From Alphaproteobacteria bacterium (GTDB taxonomy: Bacteria > Pseudomonadota > Alphaproteobacteria > MPNO01), in contig CBDDOM010000003.1 in assembly GCA_965231875.1 (NCBI GenBank), positions 139,316 to 203,315 of the forward strand: a stretch of DNA of 64,000 bases. Direction: 5' to 3'. Position numbers and translations under genes: made by a program. The notes under the pieces are model-generated. The model was not told where the DNA came from, made no database searches, and saw only the letters and a list, made by a program, of their open reading frames with translations. Positions 27,908 to 37,475 of the stretch are shown one piece after another; position 1 is the stretch's first letter; the number at the start of each line of letters is the position of its first letter.

Positions 27908-29095
27908 ATGGCCACAATGGCGAAGGAAGTCGATACCGGCGCGGTGCTGATCGAGCGTGCGCAAGGATTGGTCCCGACCCTCGCGGCGAGGGCGGAAGAG
28001 ACCGCCGCGCTCAGGCGCATGCCCGACGAGACTTTCCACGAGCTGCGCGATCTCGATCTCTTGAAGGCGGCGCGCGCCGAACGATTCGGCGGCTATGCGC
28101 TCGGCCTCGACGAAGTGCTCGAAATCGTTGTCCGTCTCGGCCGGGGCTGCGGGTCGTCCGCCTGGGTCTACGGCATCTACTGCGATCATGCGATTACCGT
28201 CGGTATGTTCGAGCCCGAGGCCCAGGACGAGGTCTGGGGCGCGAACCCGGAGGCGGTGATCTCTTCGGGTCTGGCGCCTTCCGGAAGGGTCGAACGGTTC
28301 TCGGACGGCTATCGCCTCAACGGGCGCTGGCAGTTCTCCAGCGGCTGCGACCACGCGGACTGGATTTTCGTACAGAGCATCGTCCCGCCCGCAACGGACG
28401 GCGCCGGGCCGATCCCCGCTTATTTCCTGCTGCCCCGAAGCGATTGGCGGATCGACGACACCTGGTTCGTGACAGGCCTCGCCGGCACGGGCAGCAAGGA
28501 TATCGTGATCGAGGATGCATTTGTCCCGGTGCACCGGATGCAGCCGATCGCGCCGTTGAATTCCGGTGAAGGTCCGGGGGCGCGCGTGAACCCGGCCCCC
28601 GTCTACCGCCTGCCCCGTATCGCCACGGTGCCATTCTCGCTCGTCGCGCCGGCGCTGGGTGTGCTCGATGCGATGATCGACGCGTTCGTCGAGCGAACCA
28701 GCGCGCGGGCGACGCGAGGAGTGCGACACGCGGAACTGACCACGGTACAGCTCCGGATTGCCGAAGCGGCCGCCGAGCGCGACTGCGCGAGGCTCCTGCT
28801 CGCCCGCGCGACGGGGGAGACGATGGCGGCGATGCGGAGCACCGGCAAACTCTCGCTCCATCAGCGCGCCCGCAACCGACGGGACATGGCCTATATCGCG
28901 ACGCTGCTCACCCGCGCCTCCGACCGGATTTACACCGTAACCGGCGCGAGCGGATTGTTCGACGGAAACGCCATGAAGAGGATGTTCCACGACATCCGCG
29001 CGGTCGCCGCGCACCACATCACGGCCTGGGACATCGCCGGCCCGACCTACGGCCAGGTCGCGCTTGGGGTGGAGCCGACCAACCCGCTTGTCTAG
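27908..29095 (+). CDS. acyl-CoA-dehydrogenase-fold flavin-dependent monooxygenase (HsaA/C2-type oxygenase component)
   Basis: Start at ATG 27908. LIERAQGLVPTLAARAEETAALRRMPDETFHELRDLDLLK...GCGSSAWVYGIYCDH is typical of two-component group-D oxygenases. Confidence 0.78.
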   Translation: MATMAKEVDTGAVLIERAQGLVPTLAARAEETAALRRMPDETFHELRDLDLLKAARAERFGGYALGLDEVLEIVVRLGRGCGSSAWVYGIYCDHAITVGMFEPEAQDEVWGANPEAVISSGLAPSGRVERFSDGYRLNGRWQFSSGCDHADWIFVQSIVPPATDGAGPIPAYFLLPRSDWRIDDTWFVTGLAGTGSKDIVIEDAFVPVHRMQPIAPLNSGEGPGARVNPAPVYRLPRIATVPFSLVAPALGVLDAMIDAFVERTSARATRGVRHAELTTVQLRIAEAAAERDCARLLLARATGETMAAMRSTGKLSLHQRARNRRDMAYIATLLTRASDRIYTVTGASGLFDGNAMKRMFHDIRAVAAHHITAWDIAGPTYGQVALGVEPTNPLV

Positions 29096-29100
29096 GGGAA

Positions 29101-29688
29101 CTACCCGTCGTCCAGCAGCGCGGCCTCGATCGGCACGCCGAGACTTTCGTGGATGCCGTTGTACATCTTCCAGAAGCCGACGAGAGCGGCGAGTTCGACC
29201 ACCTGCGGCGGGGTCAGGGTGCCAGCGAGGCGGTCCAGAATTTCCTGCGGCACGGCGGCCGGATCGAGCGTCGCCGCACGGGCATAGGCCAGGCAAGCGC
29301 CTTCCACCGGGTCTTCCGGTTCGTGACCCGGGTCGAGCAGGGCGTCGATGTCGGCGGTGCTGTAGCCCCAGCCCTCGCTATCCCCGCCGCTCGCGGACGA
29401 GAGCGTGTTCGTGTTGTGCGCGACGCAATAGGCGGACCGGTTGAGCGCGCTGCAAATGGCCGCGATGCGCCGCTTGAGTTCGCGGTCCAGGTGGCTTGAG
29501 GGATCCCGCATGACGGTGTTGTTGAGCCGGATCAGGCATTCCAGCAGCTCCGGGCGGTGCATGTAGAGCCGGAGCGCGTTGGGCAGGAACCCCATGCGCC
29601 TTTCGTAGGCATCGATGGCGGCCGCGAGCTCGCCGGTAAGGTTGTCGCGGTCGGCGTAGGGGATGAAGGGTTCTTCTTCGACCGTCAT
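29101..29688 (-). CDS. carboxymuconolactone decarboxylase (AhpD-like) family protein
   Basis: 195 aa from ATG 29688 (MTVEEEPFIPYADRDN...). SAYCVAHNT motif. Lies 8 nt downstream of the UbiD-like gene. Confidence 0.72.
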   Translation of the reverse strand: MTVEEEPFIPYADRDNLTGELAAAIDAYERRMGFLPNALRLYMHRPELLECLIRLNNTVMRDPSSHLDRELKRRIAAICSALNRSAYCVAHNTNTLSSASGGDSEGWGYSTADIDALLDPGHEPEDPVEGACLAYARAATLDPAAVPQEILDRLAGTLTPPQVVELAALVGFWKMYNGIHESLGVPIEAALLDDG

Positions 29689-29696
29689 GCCTCGAC

Positions 29697-31112
29697 TCAG
29701 CCCAGATAGTCTTCCAGCTTCGCCTTGCCCCAGTTGAGAGGAAAGGCTTCGCGGTAATCGTCGTCTCCGCGATGCGGCTTCGCCGTCGCATCGATGCCGA
29801 TCTTGCCGACAAGGCGGAAGGGTTCCTGGCCCTGGATCGGCGAGGCCGAGGGATCGTAGGGCGAGCCCCGGGTTCCAGGCACGATGACGATGTCTTTCGC
29901 GGGGTCCACCCGGGTCGCCATCGCACGGTAGACCGCGCCCGGGTTGTCGATATCCGTATCCGGGCCGATCGCGACCACCATCTTGGTGTTGAGCCAGGGC
30001 GCCCCCATGGCCTGCATCAGCGCGTCGTTGACGAAGCCTTCGCGCGGGTAGCTCACCTGGAGGATGCAGGAGACCGCCGCGCCCCAGGTCGGGAAGCGGA
30101 CGTCGTGCACGGTGAGCCCGATTTCCGCGATCCGGTTGTAGAGCACCGCCTCGTGGCAGAGCCTCGGCAGCGGCTGGTGATCGGTTTCCGGGACGGTCTG
30201 GTGGTTGCGATAGATCGGCCTGCCGCCCCGCATGGTAATCGCGGTCAGGTCGATGCGCGGGATCTTCTGCTCCCTGGGCAGGAAGTACATCGTGGGCGCA
30301 TTCACCCCGCCGACCTCGTGCGACCCGGAGAGATCGACCGTCCCCTCGATGACGATCTCCGCATGGGCCGGTACGCGAAGGTCGATGGTCTCGCAAGGCA
30401 CCATCTCGACGTCCCGGTCCATGATCGTGCCGACCATCTCGAGTTCGCCCCACAGATCCATGTGCATGCCGGAAAAGTTGGCCATGATTTCGTATGCCGG
30501 ATGGACCCCGAAGACGAGCGCGATCGGCATCTCCGAGAGCCCCATCGCGCGGTACTTGTCCATGACGATGTGCGTGTGGGGCGTCGCGAAGCTGATAAAG
30601 CCGTGGCGCGGGCCGACCGGCGTGGTGCCCGCGTGGGACGAGTTGTAGAAGCCGGTCTCGGGGTCGCGGACGATATTCATCGCCGAAATATAGCGTTGGC
30701 CTTCCTCCGCCGAATGGACCGGGACGGGGAGTTTGAGCCAGTCGACCTCCTCGCCGGTCCGCACCACCTCCTTGACCGGGCCCGTCGGCACGTCGACGAA
30801 GCCGCGCGGGGGCTCGCGCAGGCGCCGCGCCAGCGTCGGCAGATAGTCTTCTCGCGGCACGCCAAGCGCGCGGCACTGCGACCAGCGGTGCTTGACCAGG
30901 ATGTCGCAGAGCCGGAAATCCGGATATTCGCTTATATTCTCGAACAGGATCGGCCCCTCGGACTGCGCCGACAGCGCGCCGATGTCGTCGATCGAGACCG
31001 GCTTCTGGATCACCGTCAGGATATCGGCGTTGGTTTCGAGGTAGCCGCGCAGGTCCCGATCCAGCGTCCGGTTGGTGAGCGCGCGCGGCTTCGCGGATGC
31101 GATGCCCGTCAT
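29697..31112 (-). CDS. UbiD-family (prFMN-dependent) decarboxylase homologue
   Basis: 471 aa. DLRGYLETNADILTVIQKPVSID...EGPILFENISEYPDF... and overall UbiD-like layout. Divergent from canonical UbiD around the ...NIVRDPETG... segment. Confidence 0.82.
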   Translation of the reverse strand: MTGIASAKPRALTNRTLDRDLRGYLETNADILTVIQKPVSIDDIGALSAQSEGPILFENISEYPDFRLCDILVKHRWSQCRALGVPREDYLPTLARRLREPPRGFVDVPTGPVKEVVRTGEEVDWLKLPVPVHSAEEGQRYISAMNIVRDPETGFYNSSHAGTTPVGPRHGFISFATPHTHIVMDKYRAMGLSEMPIALVFGVHPAYEIMANFSGMHMDLWGELEMVGTIMDRDVEMVPCETIDLRVPAHAEIVIEGTVDLSGSHEVGGVNAPTMYFLPREQKIPRIDLTAITMRGGRPIYRNHQTVPETDHQPLPRLCHEAVLYNRIAEIGLTVHDVRFPTWGAAVSCILQVSYPREGFVNDALMQAMGAPWLNTKMVVAIGPDTDIDNPGAVYRAMATRVDPAKDIVIVPGTRGSPYDPSASPIQGQEPFRLVGKIGIDATAKPHRGDDDYREAFPLNWGKAKLEDYLG

Positions 31113-31218
31113 GGTCGCCTCCTGCAGATGGATGCCGTAGTCTCAGGATATTCCTTGCCGGCCGGTCGACCAACCGTGCGGGGATGGCGTGGGCGGATAG
31201 CCTGGAGACGTTTCGCGC

Positions 31219-32520
31219 ATGAATCTCGGGATGTTCTATTGGCCCTGCGGGCATCACATGGCGGCGTGGCGGCATCCCGACGGCGTCGCCGATTCGGGCG
31301 CCAATATCGCGCACATCATAGAACTCGCGAAGCTCGCCGAGCGCGGCCTGTTCGACCTGTTCTTCATGGCCGATTCGGTCTCGTTCTGGCGCGGCGACCT
31401 CAAGTCCATGACCCGCGATTCCTACGGGACCTGGATCGAGCCCTTCACCGTGATGTGCTCAATCGCCCAGCACACGCGTCACGTCGGCCTGGTCTGCACG
31501 TCCACAACCACCTACGACCAGCCCTATCTGCTCGCCCGCCGGTTCGCCTCGCTCGACGTCACCAGCGGCGGCCGGGCCGGGTGGAACCTGATCACCTCGG
31601 CGAACAAGCTGGAGGCCGCCAGCTTCGGGCTCGACGATCACATGGAGAAGTCCGATCGTTACCGCCGCGCCCAGGAGTTCGCCCATGTTGTGCGGGGGCT
31701 TTGGAATTCATGGGGCGAGGACGTGTTCGTCCGCGACAAGGAAAGCGGCCTCTATTTCGACGAGGGCAAGCTCAACGTGATGGAGCACCGGGGCGAGCAT
31801 TTCCGGGTGCGCGGGCCGATCAACGTGCCGCCGTCGCCCCAAGGCGAGCCGGTGATGGTTCAGGCGGGCGCGTCGGACGACGGACGCCAGCTCGCGGCCG
31901 AAACCGCCGAGGTGATCTTCGGCGCGCAGCAGACACTGGAGGGGGCGCAGGAGTTCTACGCCGACGTGAAGGGCCGGATGGAGGCGATCGGACGCGATCC
32001 CGATTCGCTCAAGGTCATGCCCGGGCTCGCCGTCTGCGTCGGCCGCACCCGGGCCGAGGCCGAAGACAAGTACGAAGTCCTGCAAGACCTCATCGACCCC
32101 CTTGCCGGGATGCAGCTTCTTTCCCGGCGGGTCGATTTCGACCTGACCGGCCATGACGTGGATGGTCCGCTGCCGGAGCTGCCGCCCAACAAGATCGTGT
32201 CCACGCGGGCGCAACTCTTCGCCGAGATCGGGCGTCGGGAGAACCTTACCATCCGCGACCTCTACCGCCGGATCGCCGGCGCGCGCGGACATTACGAGAT
32301 CGTCGGCACGCCCGGGAGCGTCGCCGACATGATGGAGGAGTGGGTCCGCAAGCGCGGCTGCGACGGGTTCAACATCATGCCGCCCGTCTTCCCGTCGAGT
32401 CTGGTGGACTTCATAGAGCTGGTGATCCCGGAGCTCCAGCGGCGCGGCCTCTACCGCACCGAGTACGAAGGCACGACGCTCAGGGAAAACCTCGGGATCA
32501 CCCGCCCGCCCTGGCCGTAG
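31219..32520 (+). CDS. LLM-class flavin-dependent monooxygenase (NtaA/SnaA/DszA family)
   Basis: 433 aa; MNLGMFYWPCGHHMAAWRHPD...LFDLFFMADS... is typical of the family. Confidence 0.88.
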   Translation: MNLGMFYWPCGHHMAAWRHPDGVADSGANIAHIIELAKLAERGLFDLFFMADSVSFWRGDLKSMTRDSYGTWIEPFTVMCSIAQHTRHVGLVCTSTTTYDQPYLLARRFASLDVTSGGRAGWNLITSANKLEAASFGLDDHMEKSDRYRRAQEFAHVVRGLWNSWGEDVFVRDKESGLYFDEGKLNVMEHRGEHFRVRGPINVPPSPQGEPVMVQAGASDDGRQLAAETAEVIFGAQQTLEGAQEFYADVKGRMEAIGRDPDSLKVMPGLAVCVGRTRAEAEDKYEVLQDLIDPLAGMQLLSRRVDFDLTGHDVDGPLPELPPNKIVSTRAQLFAEIGRRENLTIRDLYRRIAGARGHYEIVGTPGSVADMMEEWVRKRGCDGFNIMPPVFPSSLVDFIELVIPELQRRGLYRTEYEGTTLRENLGITRPPWP

Positions 32521-32683
32521 GGCACATCGACCTCCCCGCCCGTCATATCGACCGGAGCCGCGCGCAGCGCGGCGGAGCGGAGATATCTGTCACGCACGGA
32601 ACCGCGACACGGGGCTGGAAGATTTCTCCGCTACGGTCGAAATGACGGAGGGTGTTCCGTCGGCCCACCGAAAGAACAACGGT

Positions 32684-33694
32684 TCAGGCCCCGTCGAGCT
32701 TGAGCAATTCGCGGGCGTTCTTCTCGTAAATTCGTTCGCGAGCCGCGGGGTCGATGTCCAGCGCATCGACCGCGTCGATGGTGCCTCGGATGAACAACGC
32801 TCCGCCCTCCGGGTCGAAGGGCGCGTCGGTCGCGAACAGGCTTTGCCCGGCTCCGAAGAACTCGTAGCCGCAGACCGTCGCGGGTCTGGAGCCGTTCAAC
32901 GCGGTGTCGCCGTAAAGCATGCGGTAGTAGTCGATCGGCTGCTTTTCGAGCCCCGCGCGTGCGGCCAGGGGATTGTTGCCCACCCCGCCCTCGAAGAGCT
33001 GCTCGAAGCCGATGGCGATCTTCTCCGCGAAGAAGGGGATCATCCCGCCCATGTGATGGGTGATGATCTTGAGGTCGGGCAGCGCGTCGAAAACCCCGGA
33101 GAAGATCAGCCGCGCCATGCAGGCGCTGGTCTCGTAGGGCCAGCCGAATGTGAACCAGATCTCGTGCTCGGACAGTTCCTCGCTCGTATAGTCGGGGTGG
33201 TTCGGACCCCGGATCGGATGCACCCAGACCGGCAGGTCGTAGCCGGCGAGGCATTCGAAAAGGGGCCTGAACGGGGCCGCGCCGATCGGTCTTCCCAGCA
33301 CGTTGGTGAATACCTGAACGCCGCGCGCGCCGAGGTTGTCGATGGCGCGCCGCGCCTCTTCCACCGCACCGTCGGGGTCGTTCAGCGCGACCGAGGCGGT
33401 GAAGGCGGGGAAGCGGTCGGGGTAGCGGGTACAGAGCTCGGCCATCCCGTCATTGGCGATCCGCGCAAGCTCCGCGCTCTCGGCCGGCACGCCGAGGGCT
33501 TCGAGCGGCGGGTTGGCGAGCGACAGCACCTGACTGTAGCCCTCGAACCCGTCCATCATGCGGAACCGAGCCTCGACATCCGTCAGGGTCGGGAGCAGCG
33601 GATAGCGTCCGAGCATCCGCTTGTCGGGGATGACCTCCTTCAGCCTTTCGAAATAGGTGGGAGGCAGGATGTGGTTGAAGATGTCGAGTTTCAT
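32684..33694 (-). CDS. amidohydrolase-2 family (ACMSD/LigW-type metal-dependent decarboxylase/hydrolase)
   Basis: Start at ATG 33694 (MKLDIFNHILPPTYFERL...). Internal ...VWVHPIRGP... and ...KIITHHMGGMIPFF... metal-ligand-like segments. Confidence 0.8.
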   Translation of the reverse strand: MKLDIFNHILPPTYFERLKEVIPDKRMLGRYPLLPTLTDVEARFRMMDGFEGYSQVLSLANPPLEALGVPAESAELARIANDGMAELCTRYPDRFPAFTASVALNDPDGAVEEARRAIDNLGARGVQVFTNVLGRPIGAAPFRPLFECLAGYDLPVWVHPIRGPNHPDYTSEELSEHEIWFTFGWPYETSACMARLIFSGVFDALPDLKIITHHMGGMIPFFAEKIAIGFEQLFEGGVGNNPLAARAGLEKQPIDYYRMLYGDTALNGSRPATVCGYEFFGAGQSLFATDAPFDPEGGALFIRGTIDAVDALDIDPAARERIYEKNARELLKLDGA

Positions 33695-33789
33695 CTCGTG
33701 GCCCGGCCGGTCGATGCTTTTCCGTTCCGCCCCGGCATTGTAGCGTTGCGCCGGCTCCGACGCTGCCTGAAGAACCGGGAGGCAACCAA

Positions 33790-34368
33790 ATGCCTGACTA
33801 TTCGGTGCCCGCATTCGCGCGGTTCGTGGACGACCTTCGCACCCATTTCGGGAAGGGCCTGCCGGAAGAGGAGCACTGGCGGGGCGTGAAGGACCTGCTC
33901 GGCGTTCTGGTCGCCGACGAGGAGATGCGCGAGACCTCGCGCGGCTGGACCGCGAAGAAGGGGCGCGAATACGTCCTGCATCACGACGCCGATCGCGGAT
34001 TCTTCGTCGGCGCGCTGGTGCGCGAGCCCGACCATCGCGCCTTCATCCACGATCACGCCCATACCTGGACCGTCTATGGCGTGCTTGACGGGGCCGAGGT
34101 CACCCATGTCTACGAGCGAACCGACGACGGCAAGACGTCCGGCAAGGCGACGCTGGAGCTGATCGATAGGCACGACGCGCCGACCGGGCATGTCGATATC
34201 GTGGGACCCTGGGTTCCCCATTCCGAATGGGGCGCGTCCGAACGCTCGGTCGCGATCACGGTGCGGAGCGACCGGCCCGGCGGTTACGACCAGAACCGAT
34301 TCTTTCCCGAGACCGGCACCACCGACAACACCCACCGCGGGCTGACTTTGGTGCCGCTCGCGGTCTGA
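33790..34368 (+). CDS. cupin-fold metalloprotein (cysteine-dioxygenase-type-I-like)
   Basis: 192 aa with a His-rich cupin core AFIHDHAHTWTVYGVLDG...HVDIVGPWVPHSE. The functional call is tentative. Confidence 0.55.
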   Translation: MPDYSVPAFARFVDDLRTHFGKGLPEEEHWRGVKDLLGVLVADEEMRETSRGWTAKKGREYVLHHDADRGFFVGALVREPDHRAFIHDHAHTWTVYGVLDGAEVTHVYERTDDGKTSGKATLELIDRHDAPTGHVDIVGPWVPHSEWGASERSVAITVRSDRPGGYDQNRFFPETGTTDNTHRGLTLVPLAV

Positions 34369-34465
34369 CGGACGCCCTTCGACAGGGGCTTATCCGGATA
34401 CCTGACGGCGATCGGTTCGCGTGGCGCAGATCGGCGGGCGCACATCCGTCCCAGCCTTCGTCGTC

Positions 34466-34488
34466 ATGCCCGGACGTGTTCCGGGCAT
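34466..34488. repeat. perfect 9-bp-stem hairpin of a second REP family
   Basis: atgcccgga-cgtgt-tccgggcat read directly. Spurious ORFs across it translate as ...VMPGRVPGIHV / SSCPDVFRAS, a pattern typical of repeat-derived pseudo-ORFs in alphaproteobacteria. Confidence 0.6.
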
Positions 34489-34515
34489 CCACGTCGCTCC
34501 GCCACGAGACGTCTA

Positions 34516-34640
34516 CCCTCCCCCGGCCCCTCCCGCAAGCGGGAGGGGGGAGGGTGAACGGGGGCCGCCAGTCTCCCTCTCCCCCGCGGGGAGAGGGTCG
34601 GGGTGAGGGGCTGAAACCGTCCCGTGCGAACCGGGCGCCT
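34516..34640. repeat. REP-like composite palindromic intergenic repeat, copy 2 of 2
   Basis: Same two hairpin blocks as 3526-3650, with a diverged internal spacer. Confidence 0.7.
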
Positions 34641-34698
34641 GTCCACACCCCTGTCAAGCTATCTACATAAGCGCCGTATCGAGGGATGTATCGGGCGC

Positions 34699-36996
34699 TT
34701 ATCCCGCGGCGCCGTTCCCCGCTTCCCCGATCGCCTTCAGCACCTTGGGCGGCGACATCGGCTGTTCGCGCAGCCGGATTCCGATGGCGTCGTGGATGGC
34801 GTTCGAGATCGCCGCGATCGGCGGGATGATCGGCACCTCGCCGATGCCGCGCACCCCGTAGGGGTGGTTGGGGTTGGGTACCTCGACGATCTCGGTACCG
34901 ATGAACGGCACGTCGGAGGCCACCGGGACCCGGTAGTCGAGGAAGCCCGGGTTCTGGAGCGTTCCGTTCTCGTCGTAGATGTATTCCTCGTTGAGCGCCC
35001 AGCCGATCCCCTGCACGGCGCCGCCCTGGAACTGCCCCTCCACATAGGCCGGGTGGATTGCCTTGCCGGTGTCCTGGATCACGGTGTAGCGGAGGATCTT
35101 GACGAGGCCGGTCTTCCGGTCGACCTCGACGTCGACGACATGGGTGCCGAAGCCCGGCCCCGCGCCGTCGGCGGTGATTTCCGCATGGCCCGCGATCGGA
35201 CCGCCGGTCATGCCCGAGCGCCGGGCGATGTCGGCGATGGAGAGCGGCTCGAACTCGCCCACGTTGGAGCTCGCCGGGCGCGCGTGGCCGTCTTCCCAGA
35301 CCACCCCGTCGACCGGCACGTCCCAGGTCCGGGCGGCGCGTTCCCGCATCACGTCAATCGCCTTCCGCGCGGCGACCGTCACCGCCATGCCGCTCGCGAA
35401 GGTGCCGCGGCTGCCGGCGGTGACGAAGTTGAAGCCGAGCGCCTGGGTGTCGCCGATCTGCGGGCGCACCTTGTCGACATCGATGCCGAGCTCCTCCGCG
35501 ACCATCATCGCCATCGCCGCGCGCGAACCTCCCGCGACGTCGATGGTGCCGAGGATCACCGTGATCGTGCCGTCCTCGTTGACGTTGAGCGTGCTCGTGG
35601 TCTCCTTGCCGATGTTGAACCAGAAGCCGGTCGCGATGCCGCGGCCCTGGTCGGGACCCAGCGGTTCCTTCAGATGCGGGTGCTCCACCGCTCGCTTCAG
35701 CGTGGCCTCGTAGCCGATCGGCCCGAATGTCGGCCCGTAATAGGTCTGGGTGCCTTCTTTCGCGGCGTTCCTGAGGCGAAGCTCGATCGGATCGATGCCA
35801 AGCTCGATCGACATTTCGTCCAGGATGCTCTCGACGCCGAAAATCGAGATCGGCGCGCCAGGCGCGCGGTATGCCGCGACCTTGGGCCGGTTCACGGTGA
35901 TGTCGTTCCCGGTGACCTTGACGTTCTCGAGGTCGTATCGCGTGAAGGTGCACATCGAAGCCATCGGCACCGACGAACCCGCGAAGGCGCCGGCCTGGAA
36001 GTCGAGCTGCGCCTCGGCGGCGGTGATGCGGCCGTCCTTGCGGCAGCCGATCTTGATCCGGGTATGCGCGCCCGAGGTCGGACCGGTCGAGCGGAACACG
36101 TCCTCCCGGCTCATGGTCATCTTGACCGGGCGGTTGGACTTCTTCGACAGGACGATGGCGGGCGGTTCGAGATAGACATTGTTCTTGCCGCCGAACCCGC
36201 CGCCGAGCTCGGTCGGGATCACGCGGATCTTCGAAATGTCCATCTGGAGCAGCTTGGCGCATTGCGCGCGGATCACGAAATGACCCTGGGTCGCGGTGTA
36301 GACCTCGACCTGGCCGTCCTCGGTGTAGCTCGCTATCGAGGCCTGGGGTTCGATATAGCCCTGGTGCACGGGCTTGGTGTTGAACTCGCGCTCGATGACG
36401 AGGTCCGCTTCCGCGAAGCCCTTCTCCACGTCGCCCTTGGCGAAATTGAACACCTTGGCGAGGTTGGAGGGCTTCCCGGGCGCCGGGTCGAGGCCCTCGG
36501 TCATCTGTTCTTCATGCAGCAACGGCGCGTTCTCCGCCATCGCCTCGACGGGGTCGATCACGTGCGGCAGCACCTCGTAATCGACTTCGATCAGCTTGAC
36601 CGCCCGCCGCGCGATCGCCTCGGAAGTCGCTGCGACGGCGGCAACCGGGTGGCCGTCATAGAGCACCTTCTCGCGCGCCATCATGTTGCGGGTGACATCG
36701 CGGAAATTGACGATCAGCTCGCCCGCGGCGGCAAACTCCACCGGCATATCCGGGAAGTCGTCGCGGGTAACCACGGCCTTTACGCCCTTCAGCGCTTCCG
36801 CCTTCTCGGTGCGGATGGCCAGCACCCTTGCATGGGCGTGGGGGCTGCGCAGCACGCGCCCGTAGAGCTGGCCCGGCAGGTTGATGTCGGCGCCATAGCG
36901 CGCCCGGCCGGTGACCTTGTCGACCCCGTCCGGGCGGATCGGCCGCGTGCCGACGACCTTGAAATCCTTGTCCTCGTATTTGAGCATCGTCGACAT
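34699..36996 (-). CDS. xanthine dehydrogenase-family molybdopterin-binding large subunit
   Basis: Start at ATG 36996 (MSTMLKYEDKDFKVVGTRPIRPDGVDKVTGRARYGAD). The active-site loop reads AAYRAPGAP, which is not a CODH signature. The 989-aa track ORF is a read-through artefact. Confidence 0.9.
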   Translation of the reverse strand: MSTMLKYEDKDFKVVGTRPIRPDGVDKVTGRARYGADINLPGQLYGRVLRSPHAHARVLAIRTEKAEALKGVKAVVTRDDFPDMPVEFAAAGELIVNFRDVTRNMMAREKVLYDGHPVAAVAATSEAIARRAVKLIEVDYEVLPHVIDPVEAMAENAPLLHEEQMTEGLDPAPGKPSNLAKVFNFAKGDVEKGFAEADLVIEREFNTKPVHQGYIEPQASIASYTEDGQVEVYTATQGHFVIRAQCAKLLQMDISKIRVIPTELGGGFGGKNNVYLEPPAIVLSKKSNRPVKMTMSREDVFRSTGPTSGAHTRIKIGCRKDGRITAAEAQLDFQAGAFAGSSVPMASMCTFTRYDLENVKVTGNDITVNRPKVAAYRAPGAPISIFGVESILDEMSIELGIDPIELRLRNAAKEGTQTYYGPTFGPIGYEATLKRAVEHPHLKEPLGPDQGRGIATGFWFNIGKETTSTLNVNEDGTITVILGTIDVAGGSRAAMAMMVAEELGIDVDKVRPQIGDTQALGFNFVTAGSRGTFASGMAVTVAARKAIDVMRERAARTWDVPVDGVVWEDGHARPASSNVGEFEPLSIADIARRSGMTGGPIAGHAEITADGAGPGFGTHVVDVEVDRKTGLVKILRYTVIQDTGKAIHPAYVEGQFQGGAVQGIGWALNEEYIYDENGTLQNPGFLDYRVPVASDVPFIGTEIVEVPNPNHPYGVRGIGEVPIIPPIAAISNAIHDAIGIRLREQPMSPPKVLKAIGEAGNGAAG

Positions 36997-36998
36997 GG

Positions 36999-37475
36999 TC
37001 AGATCTCCCTCATCTCTCGGGCCGCGTCGTCCACCGCCTCGACGATCTTGTGATAGCCGGTGCAGCGGCAGAGATTGCCGGCGAGCCAGTAACGGATTTC
37101 GGTCTCGGTCGGGTCGGGGTTGCGCTCCAGAAGCGCGCGCGAGGCGACCAGCAGCCCCGGCGTGCAGATTCCGCATTGCAGGGCGGCGTGCTCGAGGAAC
37201 TTGCGCTGCAGCGGGTGAAGCTCTTCCCCTTCCGCCATCCCCTCGATGGTCTCGACCTTCTTGCCTTCGACTTCGACGCCGAGCACGAGGCAGGAGCACA
37301 TCAGCCGGTCGTCCACCGTGACCGAGCAGGCGCCGCAATCGCCGGTGCCGCAGCCTTCCTTGGTCCCGGTCAAGACCAACTCGTCGCGCAGCACGGAAAG
37401 CAGCGTCTGATCGCTTTCGCAGAGGAAATCGACCTCGTCGCCGTTGATCGTCGTCGTCACGTGGTAGCGTGCCAT
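36999..37475 (-). CDS. (2Fe-2S)-binding small subunit of a Mo-hydroxylase
   Basis: GCGTGDCGACSV and CGICTPG...CRCTGY cluster motifs. ATG 37475 overlaps the upstream stop as TGATG. Confidence 0.92.
   Translation of the reverse strand: MARYHVTTTINGDEVDFLCESDQTLLSVLRDELVLTGTKEGCGTGDCGACSVTVDDRLMCSCLVLGVEVEGKKVETIEGMAEGEELHPLQRKFLEHAALQCGICTPGLLVASRALLERNPDPTETEIRYWLAGNLCRCTGYHKIVEAVDDAAREMREI

Noticed and set aside
29101-31314. 737-aa ORF spanning the CMD and UbiD genes.
   Set aside because: Only the last 195 codons (from ATG 29688) look like a real CMD-family protein. The remainder is an out-of-frame shadow of the UbiD-like gene (29697-31112).
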